DNA of 64,000 nucleotides from an uncultured Verrucomicrobiae bacterium (GCA_963842185.1 CAWJFL010000013.1:372022-436021), one strand, 5' to 3'. Numbered from the stretch's first letter, positions 10,402 to 19,285 are shown. Translations and numbers: made by a program. The notes: generated by a model from the letters alone, not told the origin.

Positions 10402-10907
10402 ATAAAACTGTAGCCACACGAGGCAAACCAATTCCTGGCATCTTGGCGTGTCACGCCCTCCAAAGCGACCGCCATCGCTTGAACCAGCGTTGGCTGCGTT
10501 CGTGCTTCGGCTGTCCGCAGGCTGGCTTTGACTTTGCTCCACAGTTTCTCGATCGGGTTGAGGTCCGGCGAGTAGGCCGGCAGAAAACGAATCGCGGCGC
10601 CCGCCGCTTCGATCAAAGAGAGGGTCGGCTGGCTCTTGTGCGGGGCGAGGTTGTCCAAGATCACCACGTCGCCCGGGTGCAGCGTGGGGCACAGGACGTG
10701 GCGGACATAGGCCCGAAACACCTCCGTATCGGCGGTTCCCTCGATTGCCATGCAGGCGGTTGAGCCATCCAGTCGCAACGCCCCGATCAGGGTGGTGGTT
10801 TGCCAATGACCTTGGGGAGCGCTGGCGTGGACGCGCAGACCCCGCGGCGCACGGCCGCACAAGCGGGTCAGGTTGGTCGTGGCACCCGACTCGTCAAGGA
10901 AGATCAA
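10398..10907 (-). CDS. IS630 transposase OrfB (DDE catalytic part)
   Basis: 169 aa: ...IFLDESGATTNLTRLCGRAPRG...VVILDNLAPHKS...AYSPDLNPIEKLWSKVK... (DDE motif region). It is in the +1 frame relative to OrfA. The frame is open upstream back to the A7 run. Confidence 0.8.
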   Translation of the reverse strand: MIFLDESGATTNLTRLCGRAPRGLRVHASAPQGHWQTTTLIGALRLDGSTACMAIEGTADTEVFRAYVRHVLCPTLHPGDVVILDNLAPHKSQPTLSLIEAAGAAIRFLPAYSPDLNPIEKLWSKVKASLRTAEARTQPTLVQAMAVALEGVTRQDARNWFASCGYSFI

Positions 10908-11335
10908 CTTGGCGGGATCGAAGCCCGTTTGGTAGCGCCGCCACGTGCGGCGCGCGCGGGCGATATCCAGGCGGTCTTGCTCGCTGGCGCGGAGCGTCTT
11001 TTTTTATATGTCAGCCCCATCTTCGCCAAGGCGTAGTGGATGGCCGGGAGTGAGCACTTCAGGGCCACGGCCTGGCGCAGCTCGCGCAAGGTCAGGTCCG
11101 GCTTGTGGCTCAGCAGCGCTCGCAACTGGCGATGATGGATGTCCAGAATCATCGGCTTGCGTCCCGAGAAATGGTGGCGCGGGCCGATCTGGCCGGTGCG
11201 CCGACGCTGCTGCAAGAGTTTCTTGACCATCCCGAGCGAAACCTGGTAGCGAGCCGCAACCTTGTCGCGGGTGCCCTCGCCGTGGTCGTAAGACGCCAAG
11301 ATCCGTTCCCGCAGATCCAGTGATAGGGTTCGCAT
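10904..11335 (-). CDS. IS630 transposase OrfA (N-terminal HTH DNA-binding part)
   Basis: 143 aa: MRTLSLDLRERILASYDHGEGTRDKVAARYQVSLGMVKKLLQQ... This is the typical IS630 OrfA. It ends just after the A7 run (...LTYKKRRSAP...). Confidence 0.8.
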   Translation of the reverse strand: MRTLSLDLRERILASYDHGEGTRDKVAARYQVSLGMVKKLLQQRRRTGQIGPRHHFSGRKPMILDIHHRQLRALLSHKPDLTLRELRQAVALKCSLPAIHYALAKMGLTYKKRRSAPASKTAWISPARAARGGATKRASIPPS

Positions 11336-11457
11336 GAACGCACCCTACCAGGGACCAAGCGTTGTGGCTACAGTTTTATTTAAACCGCTCTAACTCTTCG
11401 CAATAGACTGCACAGCCCTGAGGGACATCCATGAATCCCTCGACCGCTCGCGAACGG

Positions 11458-14400
11458 CTACACCGAAACGGTGACGGGTGAGGTGCGGGACGGCTGGGAG
11501 AGAAGTCCTTCGGCGCGGTGTCTGGCTTCGTCCATCTTCGGATAGCGGACCTCACGATAACCGCGGACGTCCTCGACGCAACGCAGGGCTTTGACGTGGC
11601 GTTCGTAACTGGCGCGATCCTCGTAGTGGAAGTTCTTCACCACGTCGATGTACCAATCGCGGAATTCGCGTTCGCGCCGGTGCCATTGCGGGCATGACGC
11701 GCCGCAGCCAGCGGAGGTGTTTCAGCAAATTGAGCTGCCATTTCCGCGGGCTGAATTTGAAGCGGATGTCGCGGCCGAGGACGTTGAATTCGGGCCGGTT
11801 GAGGTGGTGATAGATGATCTTGTCGCCGCGCTGTTCGTCGACGTGGTAGCGGTGATGATCGCGGCGGGTCTTCTCCTCGCTGGTCAACAGATGGGCGACG
11901 TACACTTCGTCCTTGATGACCATCGCCTTGTGCAGGTTCCAGATGACGGCCTTTGTCGCCGCGAAATCGAATTGGCCGTTGTCCTTGGCGTAGATTTTTT
12001 CGACGAGATCAAGGTACTGGCCCGCCTGGGCGCCGGTCCCGCCGAACTCGAGAAGGTCGTACAACCGCCAGACGATGTCGCGCGCGGTTTGTTCGCCGAG
12101 GCGGATGGAGTTTTCGCTGCGATGGATGAGGACCTCGAATTCGCGCGCCCAGCGTTTGCCGGCGCGGTGGTTTCGCTTCAAGACGTCGACGCGTTCGGCG
12201 ATGAATTCCGCGTAGGTCTCGCGGAGTTCGTGTTTGTGGGCGAGTTCGGGCTCGAACACGAGTTTGCGTCCGAGATGGAAGGCCTTGATGTTATCGTCCG
12301 CGGCGGAGCCCATCGTCTCGCGCAAGCCCCATTCGATATTCTGCCAGGGAGAGCGGGAGCACTCCCCGCTGGAACGCGATGCCGAGCAGGACGACGTTGG
12401 CGTAGAGTTTCGTGCCGAAGAAATGCTCGGAGATGCCGGCGACATTCAGGCCGAAATACTCGTCTGATCTTCGTGTAGCGGCGGAGCGTGTCCTCCAATT
12501 CCGCGACGCTGAAGTCGTCCTTGCCGAGGAGCGTGAGGATCGTGGGCGTCTTGTAGGCGTTCACGACCGCCACGGTGCGACCGGGGCTGCCGACGCGCAG
12601 GTTGCCGTTCGGCGAGAGGCTGCGCGTGGCTTCGAGCGGGTCGATGCCGAGCAATAAATCCGCGTGTCCGTAGGGAATGATGTTGGAGGTGTGCCGTGAA
12701 CCTTTCGTGAACGTGATCTGCGAGAACACGCCGCCGTTGCGAATCGCCAGTCCCTTCTTGTCGCAGAACAAGACGTGGTAGCCCTGCTTGAACCCCGCGC
12801 GAACGAGGCTGGCGGTGCTGACGCCGATGCCCTGTCCGCCGACGCCGGCGAGGTAGCAGTGCCAGACGTCATGGAAGTCGGCGGTCTTGGGCAGGGGGAT
12901 GTTGGACAGATCGATCGAATCGATGGGCGCGGGCGGTTTTTGCGTGCGGACGATGGTGATTTCCTCGAAGGACGGACAGGCGTAGATCTTCGTGCAGGCC
13001 GTGTCGGCCACGCACCACGACAAATCGGTCTGGATTTTGGCGCCGAAGGGCGTCTCGGCAAACGTCAGGCCGGGGCAACCGGTCGCGAGCGTGCATTCGA
13101 GGCAGTTCTCGCAGACATCGGGGTTGACGTTGACGAACCGCTTTTCCGGCAGGAAACCGTGTTCGCGAATGGTGCGACGTTCCTCGCGGGATTCGCGGCG
13201 GTGATAGGTGATGCCGCATTCCTTGTCGGCGACGATCACCTTCACGCCGTCGCGGAGGATGGTTTCTTCGAGCATCGTCTTCCACGATTCGCGGTAGGCG
13301 GGATTGGCACGGACGACGTGGACGGCCTGGCCGAGCATGGCTTCGACAATGCGGTCGATGTTCTGCTTGTAGGTGGTCTCGCCGACGATATCGACGTCCA
13401 TGGACGGCGTGGGCTGGTGGCCGGTCATGGCGGTGGTGGAGTTGTCGAGGATGATGTAGGTGATGTCCTGGCCCTGCTTGAGGGCGTTGGAGATGCCGAG
13501 CATGCCGCTGTGGAAAAAGGTGGAGTCGCCAAGGAAGACGACCTGTTTGTTGGTGATGAACGGATCGATGCCCGCGCCCGTGCCGCCGCCGAGACCCATG
13601 CCGCTGTAGTTGTGCATCAGGTCTTTGGTGGGCTCGAACATGAGCATCGTGTAGCAGCCCGTGTCGCCGTGGAAAACGAGGTCGACCGGGCCGCGATCGG
13701 TGATGCTGTTTCATGTAGCGCGGGTCGAGGAAGCGCTTTTTCACTTCGATGAGAACGCTGGCGCTGTCGCGGTGCGGGCAGCCGGGGCAGAAGGTCGGGG
13801 TGCGCAGGGGGATGCGAACGTCGAAATGTGTCCGTCTCGCGGATCAGTTCGACGGCGCAGTCGATGCGTTCCTGGTCGAGAACGAGATCGGGATCGTGAA
13901 AGAACCTGCCGAGCGGCGCGAGGCGCTCGATGAGGATGCTGGGGTTGAGGCCGCGGGTGGCGGGGATGCCTTTCAGGCCGACGGGGAATTCCTTGCCCCA
14001 GACATTGGTGCGGTTCGCGGCGGTGGCGAGCTGGTTGCACTTGCCGACAATCTCGGCGATCTGCTCCTCCATGAACCCGCGGCGTTCTTCGATCACGAAG
14101 ATGCTGCGCACCTGCCGGGAAAACTCCTCGACCAATTGCGCGTCGATCGGGTAACTGATGCCGAGTTTGAGGATTGGCACCTTGTCGGCGACGCCGAGTT
14201 CGGCGAGGGCGTGTTCGAGATAGCAGAACCCCAGGCCGGAGGCCACGAACCCGATTTCGGCGCGCCAGCGTGGATTTTTGCGGACGTTGAGAATGCGGTT
14301 GACGCCGTGGCGGCGGGCGCTTTCGAACAGGCGCGCAAACCGATGCGGCATGCCTGCTTCCTTGAGCCACGTGCGCGGCGGCAGGAGGACCGTGTTTTCC

Positions 14401-15044
14401 AAATCGATCCGCGCGGTATCGAGCTGATACTTGTTGACCGTACTGACGTGGGGAAAATGATTGGGATGGCATTGCACCGTGCCGCCGCCGTCCGCCTGAT
14501 TGGTGGTGACGAGGTAGCCGATGAACAGGTTTGATTCGCGAGACATTCGGAAGCCGAGGTCGACCCAGTCTTTGAGTTCCTGGTTGGTGCTGGGCTCCAT
14601 CACCGGCATGAAGATGTGTTTGCAGAGGAACCGGGAGTCGGCGGGCACCTGTGTCGAATCACTCCACGGGTCGTCGCCGATGATCACCAGCGCGCCGCCT
14701 TGGGGATGCGCGCCCGCGAGATTTCCGAGAGCCAACGCGTCGGCGGCGACGTGCAGGCCGACGGATTTCATCGCGCAGATGGCGCGGATCGGGCCCATTT
14801 GGGAGCCGTTGAGCATGGCCGCGCCGAGGGCTTCGTTGTTGGCAATGCATCCGCGGATGCCCTTTTCCTTGAAGAGGGGCGCGACAAGTTCCATCGCGTC
14901 GAAAAAGCCCGCAATGGGCGAACCGGGGTAGCCTGTAAGGAGATGGGTACCGCCCTCTGCTTCAAGTGCGCCCTTGACGAGCAGTTCGTTTCCCGTGAAG
15001 ACCTCGGCCCCTTCCTCCTTAAGGAATCGTGGATCGACTGTCAT
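11458..15044 (-). pseudogene. Indolepyruvate:ferredoxin oxidoreductase-family protein (fused IOR/2-oxoacid:ferredoxin oxidoreductase, about 1200 aa) broken by at least 5 frameshifts
   Basis: The N-terminal 390 codons are intact (MTVDPRFLKEEGAEVFTGNELLVKGALEAEGG... down to about 13874). Six frame segments then follow in order: PTFCPGCPHRDSASVLIEVKK (Cys motif); ITDRGPVDLVFHGDTGCYTM...GGTGAGIDP (TPP region) through ...AELEDTLRRYTK; DEYFGLNVAGISEHFFGTKLYANVVLLGIAFQ; SPWQNIEWGLRETMGSA...EFNVLGRDIRFKFSPRKWQ; and WHRREREFRDWYIDVVKNFHYEDRASYERHVKALRCVEDVRGYREVRYPKM. Junctions lie at about 13826 (extra base in an AAA/TTT run), about 13705, about 12466, about 12352 and about 11690. Confidence 0.75.
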
Positions 15045-15115
15045 GATTGTATTGTGACGGGGCGGAGGCTACCATAGAATGGAAATTGATGCAAATGCTT
15101 AAAATGACAGTGTTT

Positions 15116-15590
15116 GGCTGCGCTGGCCGTCGTGTTTTTGGCCGGTTGCGCGGCGATTGCGAGCCTGAAGGGTGTCCAACAAGGGCACGTCGATACGAGC
15201 GTTCGCCTGTACGAGCAATCCGACGCCGCGCTGCCCGCCGACGATGTGCAAACCGTCGTGATCCCGCACACCGACTTGAAACTGGTCGTCAACCCCTTCC
15301 CCACGCTCACGGAACAGGACGTGCAATCCGCCGAGCTGTACAACACCTCGGGCGGCAAGGCAGTCTTCCTCCGGTTCGATCAGCATGGCGAGATCGTGCT
15401 CGATGAATTGACGACGCGGTTGCGGGGCCAATACATCGTGGTCATGGTCAACAACCATCCCGTGAGCGCCTGGCTGGTGGACCAACGCATCATCAACGGG
15501 CAATTTCTCGTCGAAGGCGACTTCACGGACGAGGAAGCACGGAAGATCGTGGACGATCTGAACAAGCTGAGCAAGATGAACAAGCAATGA
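15116..15590 (+). CDS. Hypothetical lipoprotein
   Basis: 158 aa: ...AALAVVFLAGCAAIASLK... (the L-A-G-C lipobox) followed by a soluble domain. In this frame the start is TTG immediately after an in-frame TGA. An ATG at 15091 (MQMLKMT...) is in a different frame, so the true start is unresolved. Another indel here is possible. Confidence 0.5.
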
Positions 15591-16636
15591 GCGGGCGGAG
15601 ATTCCTCACACTCATTGTCGCCAGCCTCGTTGTCGCCGCGAGCGCCCGCGCGTTCGACCTCGGTTTACCCACGGCCAATGACGCGCTGCTGCGGCCCGGG
15701 GCGGAGGCGGAATTTTTCCAGCCGACCGTGGAAGGCGCGACGGAGTCCGGCATGTTTGGTTGCGTCCGCAGCCACGGACACCGGCTTCACAAGGGCATTG
15801 ATATCAAGTGCCTGGAGCGGGACCGGTTCGGCGAGCCGATTGATCCGGTTCACGCGGCGGCGGATGGCGACGTGGCGTTCGTCAACGCGAAGCCGGGCTT
15901 GTCGAATTACGGTCGCTACATCGTGATTCAGCATGTTTGGGACGGCGTCCAAGTATGCACGTTGTACGCGCACCTGCGTGAAATTGCCGCGGGGATATCG
16001 GCGGGGCAACCCGTCAAGAAGGGCCAGGTCATTGCGACGTTGGGCCACTCGGCGAACACGCGCGAGGGCATTTCCCGCGACCGCGCCCACCTGCATTTTG
16101 AGGTCGACCTGCTTCTCAGTCCCAACTTTTATATTTGGTACCCGAAACACGTGCCCGATGCGCCGCCATTTGGCAATTTCAACGGCCAGAATCTCGCCGG
16201 CATGGACCCGGCCGCGCTCTTGCGGGCGTATGCCGCGAACCGCCAATTGAACTTTGCCGAGTACGTCTCGAAACAACCCGTCGCGTTTACCGCGCTGGTC
16301 GGTGCGCGACCGTTCCCCTGGTTAAAACTTCATCCCGAGCAAGTCCAACCGGTCCCGATAGGATCGAGACAGGCCCACGGCGGTCCCATCGCCTACGAGA
16401 TTGGGCTGACCGCGTGGGGACTGCCGGTGGCGGTGTGGCCGCGGCTGGCGGGCGAGATCAGCGAATCGCAACGTCATTTGCTGGAGCGAAGCGTGCCGGT
16501 ACTGGCGCGGGCCAACGATGCTGAGTTATCGCAGTGGACGTGCGGGGAGTTGGTCAAGCGGTCGCGGAATGGAGACGGCTGGGTATTGACCGAGCACGGC
16601 AAAGAGTGGTTGGAGATGATTACGTACGTGCCGTGA
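15587..16636 (+). CDS. M23-family (LytM-type) metallopeptidase, secreted
   Basis: 349 aa with a signal-like N-terminus (MSGRRFLTLIVASLVVAASARA). M23 active-site segments are present: HGHRLHKGIDI, ...DGDVAFV..., YGRYIVIQH, YAHL and AHLHFEV. Confidence 0.85.
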   Translation: MSGRRFLTLIVASLVVAASARAFDLGLPTANDALLRPGAEAEFFQPTVEGATESGMFGCVRSHGHRLHKGIDIKCLERDRFGEPIDPVHAAADGDVAFVNAKPGLSNYGRYIVIQHVWDGVQVCTLYAHLREIAAGISAGQPVKKGQVIATLGHSANTREGISRDRAHLHFEVDLLLSPNFYIWYPKHVPDAPPFGNFNGQNLAGMDPAALLRAYAANRQLNFAEYVSKQPVAFTALVGARPFPWLKLHPEQVQPVPIGSRQAHGGPIAYEIGLTAWGLPVAVWPRLAGEISESQRHLLERSVPVLARANDAELSQWTCGELVKRSRNGDGWVLTEHGKEWLEMITYVP

Positions 16637-16715
16637 GCGGAGCGTTCACCGCAAAGGGCCGCGAGTGAGGCGCGTTTTTCTTCATGATATCTCGGTAGCC
16701 ACGCGAACACTCCGG

Positions 16716-16934
16716 TCAATCAGTGCCGTACTTCTTGTGCGGGCGTTCTCGGACCACGAGAGAGTCTTTTGCGTGTTGCGCCCGCGACTTGTGCTCGGTG
16801 CCGAGCCGCCATTTGCTGCGCTTGTTCATTGCCAGGTAGTACTTCGTGATGCCGACTTTGTGCGCTTCGCGCGCCATGTCCTCGCGAATCCGATGAAGTT
16901 CCTCCAGCACTTTTGGCTGTTTCAACCGTTTCAT
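16716..16934 (-). CDS. Small basic hypothetical protein (72 aa) translationally coupled to the PIN remnant
   Basis: MKRLKQPKVLEELHRIREDMAREAHKVGITKYYLAMNKRSKWRLGTEHK... Its ATG overlaps the PIN ORF's stop (ATGA). No confident family assignment is possible. It may be a partner of the PIN gene or an unrelated small ORF. Confidence 0.3.
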   Translation of the reverse strand: MKRLKQPKVLEELHRIREDMAREAHKVGITKYYLAMNKRSKWRLGTEHKSRAQHAKDSLVVRERPHKKYGTD

Positions 16935-17203
16935 GGCGTCACGATTTCCTCCGGTGTGTGAACACGGATCGCGGGCAGCCCATAGCGCAGGTTGACCGCG
17001 TTGATCCGTTGCACCTTTCGGACATTGACCAAGTGCCTCATGTTCCAACTTACAACAACATCGAGCGCGTGACAAACGGCGAGGGCGACATGCAGCGCAT
17101 CGTTTTGGTAGCGTACGGGCGTGATGCCCTCGCGCACGTAGAGTTCGCTCAACCCCACCGCCTCCTCTGTAACGTCCAACACCGTGATGAGTGCGGGGGC
17201 GGG
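16931..17203 (-). pseudogene. PIN-domain (VapC-like) toxin remnant with its 5' end truncated
   Basis: The readable part (...ITVLDVTEEAVGLSELYVREGITPVRYQNDALHVALAVCHALDVVVSWNMRHLVN...) matches the middle and C-terminal PIN segments (the D-A-x-H/I-x-A-x-A and hh-T/S-x-N-x-x-H/D-F motifs). The N-terminal about 45 aa, including the first catalytic Asp (LDTNV-type), is missing. The upstream ORF sequence is translated from an AGTAGCC heptamer tandem repeat. Confidence 0.5.
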
Positions 17204-17207
17204 AGTC

Positions 17208-17236
17208 AGTAGCCGAGTAGCCAGTAGCCAGTAGCC
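17208..17236. repeat. Heptamer tandem repeat AGTAGCC x4 (one G spacer)
   Basis: agtagcc g agtagcc agtagcc agtagcc at 17208-17236. A two-unit version (gagtagcc aagtagcc) recurs at 18511-18526. Confidence 0.8.
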
Positions 17237-17260
17237 TAGTCGAACAAGGGCCACGCCGGA

Positions 17261-17324
17261 GGCGGACAAGTTCGCCTGAGGCGAACAAGCTCGGCGGTCC
17301 GTGAATGGTGAGGCGGTGGGCGCG
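17261..17324. repeat. Direct-repeat family copy A (about 64 bp core, contains a 7 bp-stem hairpin)
   Basis: ggcggacaagttcgcctgaggcgaacaagctcggcggtccgtgaatggtgaggcggtgggcgcg. It matches copy B at 18638-18701 with 4 mismatches. It contains the hairpin GTTCGCC-tga-GGCGAAC. Confidence 0.8.
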
Positions 17325-17575
17325 TCTACGGCGGGCTATCTCACGCAGAGATCGCAGAGGACGCAGAGGGTGAAATCTCTGTGTGGCATCGTTGAGGGGG
17401 ACGATGCCACACGAGGGTTCTCCGCTTGGAGGCGGGCGGGTGCTGGCATGATATGAAGCCTGTCGATATATCATGGTATGGCGGCGGAGGTTGGGGACGC
17501 CGAGTGGAAGCGGGGACGGAATTTAGAACACAGGGAAGACGGAGGGGCCAAATCGGGCAGAACGCTTCGCAACGT

Positions 17576-17608
17576 CTGGTCCGTGAATTGTGAGGCGGTG
17601 AGCGCGTC
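17576..17608. repeat. Direct-repeat family copy C (partial, 3' half only)
   Basis: ctggtccgtgaattgtgaggcggtgagcgcgtc matches the 3' half of copies A and B. Confidence 0.7.
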
Positions 17609-17785
17609 CACTGGGATGTCATGATTATAGGTCTGACCCCTTTTACTGTCTACGGGTGGCGAAATTCGGCAACGCGGGGGGGCGATGCGTCAGGCGGGAG
17701 GCGAGGAGTCCGGTGCTGAGGGGCTATACTGAGCACGTCGCCCCAGCACCGGTTCGTTCGCCTAGAAGAGCAGTCGCAATTTGAA

Positions 17786-18508
17786 TTGGAAGTACGGAAA
17801 TCACGTTGCGTTTGGCTCGTTGCTGACTGGGGGATGGGAAAAGAAGGCTTTCTTGCAGCATCTATCGAAAGATTCCGGAGTGACGGTCCTCCGCCGGACG
17901 CCTTTGACCTACGCTGCGATGACGCAGAGAACATGGACGCTGTGGAGGCACTGTTCCCTCAACAGTTCGGACTAAAGATTCAGGCGTTCTGCGGATTCGC
18001 AGCCTCCGTGAGAAATGCCTTTCTCGTTTTCGACGGCCTGCACCCAAAAGTATGTGAAGGTTCCTCCCTAGAGGGACTGACCCGAGTGGTTGGAGCTATC
18101 CTTGACTACTGTCCCGACCTGCGTGTTGTTCTTATCTCCCGCTTGGAACCGGAAGCTAGTTCCTACTCAGCGATAGAGCTTCGACCGCTGGAAGCTCCCG
18201 ACGTACGCACCTATTTGGAGTCCCACCCTGATGCAACGACGGACCTCCGTGAGCCTGAGGTAATAGAAAAATTACACGAACGCTCGGAAGGACTGCCCAT
18301 GCACCTAGACCGCATTCTCAGGGCGCTGAAGGTATCTTCCCTAGCATCCGTCCTAGACGCAGATCTTGAGGAGGGTCTTCAATCGCTTGGAACTGGCCAG
18401 GAGACACCTAAGGCAATCGTCCACGCGGTCTCCAGTCTTTTTAGATCCGAAGAGAAGCGAAGTTTGCGCAGCTTCCGTCTGCTCAAGGTGCTGACGGTTC
18501 TCCCTTAG
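17786..18508 (+). CDS. STAND/NACHT-like P-loop NTPase N-terminal fragment (240 aa) with a non-canonical Walker A; probably a truncated gene
   Basis: VWLVADWGMGKEGFL is a Walker-A-like GxxGxGK, but with E where S/T is expected. FLVFDGLHP is a NACHT-type Walker B (hhhhDGhDE-like). RVVLISRLEP is a 'TSR'-like sensor-1 motif. The ORF ends after 240 aa directly at the repeat block. It is noticeably lower in GC than its surroundings. Confidence 0.45.
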   Translation: MEVRKSRCVWLVADWGMGKEGFLAASIERFRSDGPPPDAFDLRCDDAENMDAVEALFPQQFGLKIQAFCGFAASVRNAFLVFDGLHPKVCEGSSLEGLTRVVGAILDYCPDLRVVLISRLEPEASSYSAIELRPLEAPDVRTYLESHPDATTDLREPEVIEKLHERSEGLPMHLDRILRALKVSSLASVLDADLEEGLQSLGTGQETPKAIVHAVSSLFRSEEKRSLRSFRLLKVLTVLP

Positions 18509-18701
18509 CCGAGTAGCCAAGTAGCCGGAGAAAGGGCGTAGCCGAGGGGCGGACATCCGCCTTCGCGCAGAGCGCTACGGCGGGACAAGGGGGGCCGCGC
18601 CTGAGGCGGGTAAACCGCGCGCGGGAATCCGCCAAAGGCGGACAAGTTCGCCTGAGGCGAACAAGCTCGGTGGTCCGTGAATTGTGGGGCGGTGGGGGCG
18701 G
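18507..18701. repeat. Direct-repeat family copy B, preceded by the 2-unit AGTAGCC repeat and several short GC hairpins
   Basis: gagtagccaagtagcc (18511-18526); ggcggacatccgcc palindrome (about 18548-18561); tccgccaaaggcgga palindrome (about 18628-18642); core ggcggacaagttcgcctgaggcgaacaagctcggtggtccgtgaattgtggggcggtgggggcg (18638-18701). Confidence 0.8.
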
Positions 18702-18776
18702 CGATCAACTGTTGCGATGTTGAGGGTCGGTTGACCCTGTCTACAAATCGGGTTAGGTTTTGGATGGAGGTGACGT

Positions 18777-19169
18777 ATGAAAGCTGTGCGGCTGGCTTAT
18801 TTGGCGTTCGTGACGGCACTGGCGTGCGCCCACATGTTCCTCACATTGTCGCCGTGGACGGCGCCGGCGTTTGCGGCGGGCAACAGCGGCACCCATACTG
18901 TGGTGTGGTTGGTGGTTCTGTTTGCCGGCTGGATCGTGGCGGTGGTCGCCGACCTGGTGATGAGCGTGCTGGGAATCCTGTCGCTGTCATTTGCGGGCGA
19001 GGCCGTCCTGTGCAATGCGTCGCTGGTCGTGCTGTCCGTGTTGAGCGGCGGGTTGGCGTATCTGGTGTGGGCGGTGGCTGCGCCGACGATTGTGCTGGTG
19101 AAAGCGATTGAGGAATTCGCCGGCCATCACTCCGAAGGACATTTCTGGCCGCGGATACACGCGAATTAG
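18777..19169 (+). CDS. Small integral membrane protein (130 aa, 3-4 TM helices), hypothetical
   Basis: The ORF is hydrophobic throughout (...FVTALACAHMFLTLSPWT...VVWLVVLFAGWIVAVVADLVMSVLGILSLSF...LVVLSVLSGGLAYLVWAVAAPTIVLV...). I see no recognisable family. Confidence 0.45.
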   Translation: MKAVRLAYLAFVTALACAHMFLTLSPWTAPAFAAGNSGTHTVVWLVVLFAGWIVAVVADLVMSVLGILSLSFAGEAVLCNASLVVLSVLSGGLAYLVWAVAAPTIVLVKAIEEFAGHHSEGHFWPRIHAN

Positions 19170-19285
19170 ACGCGAAGTTTACCCGTCGGCGGCGCCAGAG
19201 GCGAGCAGGGGTGGCGTATCCGCGGGGGTCCACGGGACGGGGACGTTCGAAGGGGATTCCGCTGTGGACAGCGGACGCTACAGCG

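Larger units (their letters stand above)
10391..11390 (-). mobile_element. IS630-family insertion sequence, 1000 bp, with two overlapping transposase ORFs
   Basis: The element has near-perfect 30 bp terminal inverted repeats. The left one is GAGCGGTTTAAATAAAACTGTAGCCACA at 10391-10418. Its reverse complement sits at 11363-11390. A TA dinucleotide flanks the element on both sides (10389-10390 and 11391-11392), which is the hallmark TA target duplication of IS630/Tc1-mariner. Confidence 0.85.

Noticed and set aside
12775-13752. 325-aa plus-strand ORF and several 240-290-aa minus-strand ORFs (12869..13744, 13741..14472) in the IOR region
   Set aside because: They are alternative frames or antisense of the IOR pseudogene. 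Only short pieces (for example PTFCPGCPHR in 12869..13744) are real, and those are accounted for as IOR frame segments.
16716-17474. 252-aa minus-strand ORF spanning the PIN region
   Set aside because: Only its last 72 codons (the small basic protein) look coding. The upstream part is an out-of-frame read across the PIN remnant and the repeat array.
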